A DNA stretch of 64,000 nucleotides from the human T2T-CHM13v2.0 reference genome, Homo sapiens, in assembly GCF_009914755.1 (NCBI RefSeq), contig NC_060939.1. One strand, 5' to 3'. The notes beneath the pieces are model-generated. The model had not been told where the DNA came from. It did not search any database and worked only from the letters and a program-made list of their open reading frames with translations. Numbering within the stretch: position 1 is the stretch's first letter; each line of letters begins with the position of its first letter. Of this stretch, positions 14,737 through 25,373 are shown in pieces. A program made the position numbers and the translations under genes.

Positions 14737-15200
14737 GATGACAAGTAACTGTTGAATTCTAAACCAATTGAATCATTTCCGCCTGCCCTTGCTTTCCGCC
14801 GTCTGCCACGCCTCCGACAACAAATCCCTGTCTGCGCCTGCGCCTGCGCGGGCTTTCGGTGCTGACCGCTTGTTGATAGAGGTGTGCTCCTTCTCGAAAG
14901 GCGGAGGCAGGGCTGGGCGCTGTGGCTGCTGGCACTACCCAGTTCTTCAGCAGCGCTGTGCCTGGAGGCCCCCAGCCCCTCGCCCCCCGGCTCGCGGGAG
15001 GCGGCACCAGACCTCCTCAGGCCCTGGTCCCTAGGAAACTGCAGCCCGGCCTCAGTTTCCAGAAAGCTCCTCCGTGCGATTTGGGAAGAGCACGGTTTGA
15101 ATGGTTGAAAATAGAGGGGCTGAAGAACCGAGCCGCGCGGGCCTGGCTCCGGGGCTGAGTTCCCTAGCGGGCGCCGAGCGGAGCCTGCCATTAGACCCCA
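14670..15200. promoter_or_regulatory. CpG island around and upstream of the tRNA, with tandem NRF1-like sites
   Basis: High GC and CpG density against a CpG-poor background; TGCGCCTGCGCCTGCGCG at 14833-14850. Confidence 0.75.
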
Positions 15201-15356
15201 TTTTGCCAGTCAGGCCATTTTAACTGAAATTTTGCATTTAGATTAATTCTAATTTCGTGAACCAAGCCCGAATGGATGAAACCCCGAATAACCCATAGGA
15301 CATGTTTTGGAGCGAAAGGCCTTCCGAAACTGCGGGCTTTAAGATCTTGTTCAGAG

Positions 15357-15682
15357 AGCATGCTCTTTGCAGGGACGTGGTTGGAGCTGGAGTTCTTTAT
15401 CCTCAGCAAACTAACGCAGGGAACAGAAAACCAAACACCGCATGTTCTCACTTGTAAGTGGGAGCTAAATGATGAGAACACATGGACACATAGAGGGGAA
15501 CGACACACACTGGGATCTATGGGAGGGTGGAGGGTGGAGGAGGGAGAGGATCAGGAAAAATGGGTACTAGGCTTAGTACCTGGGAGATGAAATAATCCGT
15601 ACAACAACCGCCCATGACCCAAGTTTACCTACGTAAGACACCTGCGCGTCCTGCACATGTATCCCTGAACTTAAAAAAAAAA
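15357..15682 (+). mobile_element. 5'-truncated L1PA (older primate subfamily) 3' end
   Basis: ctcagcaaactaac...catgttctcacttgtaagtgggagctaa; poly-A; TSD atcttgtt(c/t)ag(a/g)ga at ~15344 and ~15682. Confidence 0.9.
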
Positions 15683-17149
15683 TCTTGTTTAGGGATGGCC
15701 TTACATTATTAAAACAAAAATAAAAACAAAACACCTAAAATCATACGGGAAGAACCCACTAATTGCACTATGGTAACAACACTTCCATGGCCAAAAAAAA
15801 AAAAAAAGTAAAAAACTAAACTGCTGAATGGCAGATAAACATGTAAAACCCATAAAAGAAAAAAAAAAGAGACTGATATTAAATAGATCAGAAACTACAC
15901 ATGAATGATAATAAGACAAACACTGCTATATTAAAGTGAGAACTTAATGAGACCAGGCCCTTCATGGAGAGGAAGCCTATGGCTAAAAGGCATTTGAGAA
16001 AGATCTCAGCCTCACTGATTGACAGCCAGCATTTGGCCAACAAGCAAAGGTGTGGAAATGTCAGGTACCGGCAAGCATGTGGAGAAAAGGAATTTCCTAG
16101 AAACTTGTAAAGCTTGATCAGGGAGGGAGATTGTCAGGATTTCCTAAACGTGCCTATGATCAAGCAATTCCATTTAAAAATTTTTTGCAAAACCAGTATG
16201 GTTCTGGAACTGCTGTGCATACACGGAACACGAAGAAATACTGCTTTGAAAATACCTGTGTCAGACACAGCCTAAGGCACAGTAGCACTACCACACTGCA
16301 GCCGGCAGAACCGTCCTAAGCAAAAAGCACAAAAGGATGGAGGGGTTAAGAGATTCTTAATTTCAGCTGTAAGAATTTCAAAGGTCTATGTGATGAAATT
16401 AAATAATTCTTAAGTATTTCAAACGTTTATGGGATGAAATCACTATAGACAATGCAACAGCCAGCCCTAGGCTGGGAGAAAATATTTGAAATATGTTTGA
16501 TAGGAAAAGGTGACTATCCTTAAGGCACGACTGAATCTAAGCATGCAAGAAAAACCCACAGAAGGGGCTGAGGCTGTGAATAGAGGATTTAGAGGAGAGG
16601 GGTTCTGATTGGTCAGCAAATGGGGGCTGGAGCCAGCTCTACCTTGCTGGTACCATAGCAACACAATTTAAAGCAGTTCTAAAATATCCAGCATTAGGGA
16701 GGAAGTGAGGCCACAATCTCAGACAATGACAATAGGTACAGCCCGTTTGGGGCAGGAGCAACCTGACAATTACCTATCAAAATAGGAAGGTGCACCTTCA
16801 ATCTAGAAATTTCAATTCAGTGTTGCCCAAGGCCAGGAGCCCTGTGATGGCCAGGTCTTAAAGGAGTCAGTGTGAGGGGACAACTCTGGGCAGTAGCAAG
16901 CAGTGGGGACTTGGGAACCCTGAGGCCTCTACATCCTGGTCTGCTGCTCCTACACCAGGACAAGGCCATTCACCTTTCTGACAAATGAATAGAGTGGCTG
17001 GCTTTCTCCTGCTGTGCTGCGCAGTTTTGCTGGGAATCGCCTGCCCAGGCAGAGGCGGTCTTCCCCAGCTGTTTCTCTCTCGGTGGTGCCATGGATGGAT
17101 AAGGGGTGAGTGTTGATTCCAGGCCCAGATGCTTAGACAACTGGCGATC

Positions 17150-17372
17150 CTTTCCCACTCTGCTAGTCCACTACCTGAATGTAGAGGATTCTGAGGCTGC
17201 AGGAGGAGCCAGCGCCACAGATGGAAAGAGAGCGGGTCCCTGAGTCACTGCGTGGAAGCCCCTTCCAACCACCAATGAACACATCGGGTTTTTAAAGCTA
17301 GAAATAAAGTTTTATTGCATTCATCATTTAAATTTGGGGCTTGTTTGTTATCACTACCCTAAGCGACACAAC
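17150..17372 (+). mobile_element. MLT1-type LTR 3' fragment
   Basis: agatggaaagagagcgggtccctgagtcactgcgtgga...gaaataaagttttattg...ttgtttgtta. Confidence 0.5.
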
Positions 17373-18111
17373 AGGATCGTGGAAAAAGGGCAAGCACCAC
17401 AAAAATGAAACAAATGTTCTAGTAGATGATTACGTGCCTTAGCAATGATGGGGGTGGGGTGGGGAGACATGGGGGTAAAGTATGGTAGAAACTGAAGTAC
17501 AACAAGAAGGCTTGAATAGTTTGCTTCATTTTACAGAGAAGTATATCAGGATCCTTCGCTTCAGTTTGGTAATATTAATCCAAATAATTTTTAAAAATAA
17601 GAATTAATCATACATTTCTATAATTTATTGGACACTTGATGTATTTTAATAATTTAGAATTTAGATTTCAGAAATGTTTAGATCTGAAAGATAACTGGGG
17701 ATTGTCAAGGCTAGAACCTGAAAAATATCCAGGAGGTAGAAATCACTGGCCCCAAATCATCCAACTGAGAGATTTAGTGAAATCCTTTTAGCAGATCATC
17801 CTGTATTGGTCCCATGATAAAAATAATATTGGAATATGATGAAATGAATGAAAGTCTAAACAGCATTTTTTCCATCAAGGAATGGAAAGTTCCATGACAA
17901 CAAACATTCTGAACCAGTGTCTATTAGTTGTAATTTGGGTGCTATATTATTACTGGTAATCAATGGTTTATTAACTTGAGCAACCTGAGAGTTAAAGTAG
18001 AATAATATGGATTGTGTATGTGTGTCTGTGTGTATATTCATGTGTATAAGTTTCCTCCCTCTTTTGAAGTCAGATGTCCCTGGCATAAATGCTACTTCTA
18101 AAAGCTGACTA

Positions 18112-18267
<156 letters not shown>

Positions 18268-18811
18268 CTAATTTTTGGAAAAACTACTGAACCTTTGAAT
18301 TTGAATTTCCCTCTATAATAAAAAGAGTCTCTGTGAGAGCACTGAGTCCTTGCGAGGGTGAGTTCTTAGTATCATGCCTGAAATGAAGGTAGTACTTACT
18401 GTGGGTTAATTGCCAGTGTCCACTCTCACCCTACAAATGTTCTGTGGAAAGCCTCAGTCTGGCCACCTCCACTCAACTACTGAACAGGGGTTAGCAGGGA
18501 CCCATGGCTCCTCCAGTGACAGATCTTGTGGATGATCACTTCTCCAGTGGTGTTTGGTTCTGACTGAGCAAATTACCTGCATTTCACCCCATTCTGTCTG
18601 CCCAGACCTCTGTAACAGTATCATCCCCAGAAAGCTGAAGGGACTTGCTTAAGTGCACACAGCCAATTTGGCCAAGCTGCTGGGAAAGATATCGTGTGTT
18701 CTCTGTGTGTACATGTGTGCTTTCCTCTTCAGCTCTCTTTCTTTTGCTGGAATCTGGCAGTGCTTCTTGTCTTTATTGGTTATTTGATAACTGTTTAAGG
18801 CCTTGTGGTTT

Positions 18812-18948
18812 TTATCATCTTTAAGCCAATTAATCAGAGCTCTTTCATATGTAAACATCACATGTGCAACACATGTAAATACACAGAAAGACAAAAGAAG
18901 GTCCAGTAGTTGTAAGATTTTTCATTTGCCAGTTTTTAAGTTTCTTAA
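18812..18948 (-). repeat. Isolated copy of MER57A-type internal sequence, direct repeat of 25770-25905
   Basis: Manual alignment: 9 substitutions and 1 gap over ~137 bp. Confidence 0.9.
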
Positions 18949-19381
18949 ATGTATGTTTTCAAAAACCTTAAATTGAATGCAAGTTCCTTGGGTAAGAGTC
19001 ATGTCTGCACTGGTTTTCTGCCCTGTCCGTGGAAAAGCATGGAGCGTAGTACACAGGTGAAATGCAACTACTTTTTTTTTTTTTCTTAAAGAAAGGGAGT
19101 CTCACAGTCTTGCACAGGCTGGAGTGCAACAATTTTTTTTGATAGGTTTATTTCCTTTTTAATGATAGTTAAGGTTGTAGAAATAATTTTTGGCAAGTCC
19201 AACTTTCTCAACTCATGTTAAATAAATGTGTCCAGTGGGGAAGGAAGATGATGACTACCCTTATTCTTGCTCTAACAAACACACAAAACAAAACAAAAAT
19301 TGACATTGCTTCCAGAGAGTGTCTTTGGTGGTTCTCTAAGCCAAGCAAAACTTCTATTTTAAAAAGTAACTGTTTAATTAT

Positions 19382-19462
19382 ATTAGCTTAACCTCATGAA
19401 ATTGTCAAGAATCCACTGGTTTTGACTTACTACAATGGAAATTTCATATCGTTCAACTTAAT
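19382..19462. mobile_element. MADE2-like mariner MITE (~80 bp)
   Basis: Imperfect TIRs attagcttaacctcatgaaattg ... atttcatatcgttcaacttaat. Confidence 0.7.
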
Positions 19463-20396
19463 TCCTCTACCCCTAACTGTGAGTGTCAGATCTACCTATT
19501 ATATTAACAGGGGAGACTAAATGGAAAGCTCACTGTTTAATTAAAATCTGAGGTTCTCCAACATCAATAAGAACAGCAATAACAACAAAAAATTGTACTT
19601 GCTTCCAAAATTACAGATACTTTGATTTTTAAAGTGAAAGAATATTTCAGGGGAAAGAGACATTTAACTGATGGCAATTAAAACATTTTATTTTGCATAT
19701 TTTTACAAAAACATATGACTCTAAGAAGATATTCCGGGAGCTACTCCCAGGGCTTAGAAAAGGCCGGAACAACTGAGGTTCCCGGAAGCTTAAGCCTCAT
19801 TAACTTTGTGAGACTTCACCTCCGGCTGAAAGGAAAGAGTTAAACATTCCTGTCAATGTTCTCCCTTAGGTCCTATTATCAGTGAGTGTGGGTCTTCACT
19901 GGGTCCCTCCAGAACTGTTGGATAGGCTTCCTCGCTGGTCTCTCATGCCCCAGGTTTGTCCTCTGTCTAATACGATTAGGCAAGTCCACAGTTTAAAACC
20001 CTTTAATGGCATTAATCATATCAGATCACGTTCAAATTCCTTAGCAATTCGGGAAGGTTATTAGCATCTGACTCATGCCCCAACCCACAGCCTCACTTCT
20101 CTGCTTCAGATCCTTGAAGCTTCTCCTAACACACCCAACTGCTTGAAAACATTTTTCTTTTGTCTGATTTGTTTCTTCCTAAAATCCTTTCTTTCCCCTA
20201 TTTTATGCATGTTATTTGTCCATTTTTCTCTACCTAAGAAATGTGTACCTGTCAGCAAGACTCAGCTTGAATGTAACTTCATTATAGAAGCACTCCTAAA
20301 TAAATGAATAGTTCAAAAAAGAAATCCTCCCGGAATTGACTTCTGTGCCATGGTGCCTCCATCCCCATCCCAAGAGGATTATTCTCATCATACCAC

Positions 20397-20788
20397 TGAT
20401 TAAAAAAAACTTCAGCTGAATTAAATGTAAAGGGGTTTAAGCAATGAATGATTCATGAATCAGGCAGCCTCCTGAGCCAGAGTAGACTCTGAGACTCCAG
20501 CACAGCCATGGGGTGGAAGAAGACTGATGGACAGAAAAAGGAAAGTGACACACAGAAAATGGAAGTGAGGTACAGAAAGAGCTGGATTGGGTACAGCTTG
20601 GTGTTTGCCTTATTTGAACAGTTTGAACAGTTGGCTACATTTGATTGGCCAAAACTCAGTGATTGGCACAAGTGTAGGCTGCGGTCTGTTTACACTTCCA
20701 CTTGTTGTAGTTCACCATGTGCAGAGAAACCTTTAGGCTGAACTTAAAATATGTAAGGAGGCAGCTTTAGGCTAAACTTGATTTAACA
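20397..20788 (-). repeat. 3' LTR (MER57A-type)
   Basis: Minus strand begins TGTTAAATCAAGTTTAGCCTAAAGCTGCCTCCTTACATA. Confidence 0.9.
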
Positions 20789-21559
20789 ATTTCACCCCAA
20801 ATTAGAGAGATCAAAACTTTAGTCATTGATGTCACTGTAACCATTGTAAATATACTTATTTGGTCTTTAAACCCACTGGGAAATGGTAGAACAGTGGGTT
20901 TTGCAAGGTAGGAGCAAGGACTGAGTAGAAGGTACCTCCTTATGCTGGAACGTCCTGTTTACAGGAGAAAAACAAAACCTGATCTGTTCTAGGATCTGTG
21001 TGTTTCCTTAAAGTCTTAGTTTGATTACATCACATTTAACGTGAGTGACTCCATTTTGGTTTGGTCTGGTCCTTTTGGGGCCTAGTGCATGAGCTCAGTC
21101 CAAAACAATGGCCTCTCATAATTTTGTTTAAAAATTCCTCCTTTTGGGTCAGGTTCTCACTTAGGTGAAAGTGTGACCAAAACTAAGGGCTTTAGTGCCA
21201 CTTTCAGTACCATCAGTTTGGGTTTCTGGTCTCAATGTGGTCATTCATAGGTTACGATGTCGTCATGGTCACACATTTCTTTCAGTTCTTGTCATTCCAG
21301 TTGAAGAAAGACCATTTGACATTTTAGAGATGGCTGCATGCAAACATTTAAAACTTTTGAGAGAATACAGCATACCAGGGAGACTACTATTATAACTATC
21401 AGGGGGATAATAGCAAGAGTTTGGAGTATCCTCCCTACCCAAGACCCCCATAAACCAAATCACCTAAAATTAAATAGATCAAAGAATGAGCTAAAGAGTC
21501 GACTTGCTTAATTAAGTGGTCTCTTTGCTAATCCTTTACAACTGAATCTCTGTAATCTA

Positions 21560-21900
21560 CTTTTGATATATTTCTCTATAGGCCACAAGTGTCAACAGTG
21601 ACACAGATAGTTTTCTGTTTAGCCAGTTCTATTATTTAGCATAATTTTCACAAGATAATTTAAAGTCTGCTGTGTAACCATGGCTTTTACAGTAGAATCT
21701 GCTATAGAGCCTATCATGAGGGAAACATTTCTCATCATTGCCTTTTTTACTCGAAACCATGGAAAAAAGGACCTAACAAATGATGCCCTTCTAGAAGAGT
21801 GAAGCTCTCCTGGTAATGTTCTCTTTAACCCATGATGTGGGTTAAGAGGAGTGAACCAATGCTCTGTTTCTGACTGATTACGAGGCAAAGTGTGTACCAT
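21560..21900 (-). pseudogene. Retroviral env SU/TM remnant
   Basis: GLKR cleavage-like site, fusion-peptide-like SFVRSFFPWF, heptad ending LNNR, then in a shifted frame LAKQKTICVTVDTCGL (degenerate CX6CC region). Confidence 0.7.
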
Positions 21901-23535
21901 TAAAGTTTCTGTTTCTCACCTACATCGGGCCTTCATCTTTCATCTGTCAAGATATAAGGTTATCCATGTATAAGGCTGGCTGCAAAATCCTTCATAACTA
22001 AAAGTATACCCCATGAGTGCACACAACAGACCCCTTTTCCACTTGTATTGTTCATACAGGCATAAGCAAGGGGAAAAGTATTCAAAGATAAGAGTCTCAT
22101 GATAATAGAAGTCTTGATCTGTGATGTTGGGAAAAGCTTTTTGCATCAAGGATGCCATCTTCTTCTTAGGGAGAAACTTCCCTGGTTAGCTTTACCTTAA
22201 GGGTTCCAATGGGTGTACAGTTCAACAGTGTGGAGGGACCCTTCTCAGTTGTGAGATTATGAACCCAAGGCTCGAGGTCCTGAAGTTTTACTGCAGTGAG
22301 GATGGCTAAAGCAATCTTTCTCTGATGTCTCAGAGGATCCAATCTTCGGGTTCTAGATTGTGAAGGAGTTGATTGTCCTCAGTGAACCATAAAAAGTTTT
22401 TTTGCCTGTGACATAATTATTGTTATAACATCAGTCCTCTTGCATGGTAAAGCTTTCATACAACCAGAAAATATTCACTGAAAATGACAATTAAATGAAA
22501 TCCCTCCATAAATGTTTAAATGACCCATTGGGTAGCCAAATGTACCTGAAGCTTTGATTGTCTTCCCAGGAGTATAGGTTTGAAAAACCAAACATTGGTC
22601 ATAAACTATTTTAGCAATTTAGAATTCATGCCAATGTATATTTAATTTGGGTCATTTTATCTTTTCTGTGATGAGTCATGGAATGCAGAGCTTTTAATAA
22701 AATCTTTAAAGAGTCAGAAAGGACAAGGTGACTGTCCTGGTTCTCCATGAGTCCATGCTTAACATTGGACTTATGTCTTCTCGAATACCAGTTACTTCTC
22801 CAATTTAGATACATAATGCTGACAACTGATGGGTTAACATAGGTAATTTGACTTAGACCATGGAGTTCATTCAATTTGTATATCTAAACAATTTCAGTAT
22901 TGGCTGATTTAGCGTGAAAATCTTGCAAAGTATTTTCTTGGTATTCAATTAATTTTTATTTTACTTGGGTTAGCAGTTTTGTAACCCAGTCAGTCTTTTC
23001 ATTAAAGTTCCAGGAATTATTACCCAGTCCAAATGATATGATTTTAAAGTTACCAGAAACCTGTATACAAGAGTGATTTTCAGGGTCTTTTCCATCCTTT
23101 CATGAACCTCCCAAAAGACACCATATTCTAGGATTTGGTGTGCTTGTGAAGTTTTCAGAAACTGCATCAGCATTAAGCAATTAACTGTGGAAATGGCTTT
23201 AAATAGTCATAATTAAAGCCACACTTGACAAGGAAATTTGGTTATTTCTGTGGTCTAAAATAACTTAACATATTATGATTGATAGCATATACCAGACATA
23301 TTCGAATTTTAGCAATCCCATACAATTTTGGAACATATATTAACATCATTCACTAAAATATAACATGAAGAATGTTAAACATTATTTTTTACTTTTACAG
23401 AGCTTCCCATGTAACTTAACATGTCAAATAATCCTGTTGACCTCTTTTAAAGTCTTCAGGGGCCCTCTGTAGCATGTCAAAGTTAGAGGTCAGAAGAGAC
23501 GATTTTGAAGATGAAATTTGATTTTGGGAAGCCTG

Positions 23536-24235
23536 TGTAACCACCCAGTGGGTTCACCTTGCCCACTGCCTAGACAAAGCCAATTTATCAAGACAGGGGA
23601 ATTGCAATCAAGAAAGCGTAATTCATGCAGAGCCAGCTGTGTGGGAGACCAGAGTTTTATTATTACTCAAGTCAGTCTTCCTGAGCATTCGGGGATCAGA
23701 ATTTTTAAGACCAGCTTGGTGAGTCGGGGGAAGCCAGTGAACTGCAAATGCTGATTGGTCAGGTCCGAGGTGAAATCATAGGGAGTTGAAGCTGTCTTCT
23801 TGTGCTGGGTCATTTCCTGGGTGGGGACCACAAGACCAGATAAGCCAGTTTGTCAGTCTGGATGGTGTCAGCTGATCCATCAAGTGCAGGGGCTGCAAAA
23901 TACCTCAAGCACTGATTTTAGGAGCAGTTTAGGGAGGGTCAGACTCTTGTAGCCTCAGCTGCATGACTCCTAAGCCATAATTTCTAATCTGTGGCTAATT
24001 TGCTAATTTGACTATAAGGGCAGTCTAGTCCCCAGGCAAGAAAGGGGTTTCTTTTGGGAAAGGACTGTTACCATGTTTGTTTTAAATTATAAACTATAAA
24101 CAAAGTTTCTCCCAAAGATAGTTCAGCCTACACCCAGGAATGAACAAAGACAGCTTGGAGATTAGAAGCAAGATGGAGTCGGTTAGGTCAGATCTCTTTC
24201 ACTATCTCAGTGACAATTTAGCAATGGCGGTTTCA
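23536..24235 (-). mobile_element. Solo LTR8-type LTR nested in the provirus
   Basis: Minus strand starts TGAAACCGCCATTGCTAAATTG; 700 bp; flanks cctg/ccta (4-bp TSD, 1 mismatch). Confidence 0.85.
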
Positions 24236-24451
24236 CCTATAAAATATGTTAACGGTTTGAAACACTTGATATTATGAAATAGAATTCTAGGTCACCATAA
24301 ATCATTCATTTAGTCAAAATACTAACTCGAAACTTTTAAAAAGGCAAAAATCTTCACTCATTGATAGAAGGAAGACTTAGCTTTCCAAACCATCTGTCTC
24401 TTGTTTTTCCCTTCTTTATTCAGTAGTTTATTCAAAAGGCAAAGTAAAATC

Positions 24452-24545
24452 TTTCGTTATTGTTTACATGAAACAATTCGTTTTTACGAATTGTTTACAT
24501 GAAACAATTGTTTATATGAAACAATTTCGTTATTGTTACATGAAA
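24452..24545. repeat. Complex direct/inverted micro-repeat of ttgtttacatgaaacaa
   Basis: ~4 imperfect units plus perfect 11-bp inverted repeat aaacaattcgt-tttt-acgaattgttt. Confidence 0.9.
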
Positions 24546-25063
24546 ATCTTGTTGAAGAGAAAAAGCCAAGTTTCACCCTTGAATTAGGATACTATTAATG
24601 TCAACCCCAATCTTTAATAAAACCTTATAGACAAATCTATTTAATCTTAATCAGTTTGATCATAAGGTGAGATTCTCATAAACCCTTTATAACCCTTTAC
24701 AAATTTTTGTTAAAGAGCAGATCAGTGCTCTAAGAAAACCCTGTTGAGCTTTTATTCCAATATGTAACTTATGGAAAAACTGAATAAAACCCCTTTAACT
24801 TTACTCAGTAAGTTCACACACAGAGTTACTTTTACAAGATTAACTTTTCACAAACCTTCCACAACTTGCTTAAACCTTCAGCTTTATCCTTATCTAACCT
24901 AAAACAATCCTTTAACCCTTTAATCTAGGCAAAAATATCCACATTCCCATGACTTCTTATGATCTTTTACTAAAAACACATTTCACTTTCTTTATACCCC
25001 CTGCATGTAAAACTGTTCCTTCAGTAGTCTCAATTATATGTTACAATGTTAACACTCAGCAAC

Positions 25064-25373
<310 letters not shown>

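Noticed and set aside
14715-15191. 158-aa and overlapping ORFs in the CpG island
   Set aside because: GC-rich DNA lacks stop codons; low-complexity products; the ORF runs into the tRNA
24452-24545. Palindromic repeats resembling a CRISPR array
   Set aside because: No unique constant-length spacers, no cas genes, eukaryotic ERV context
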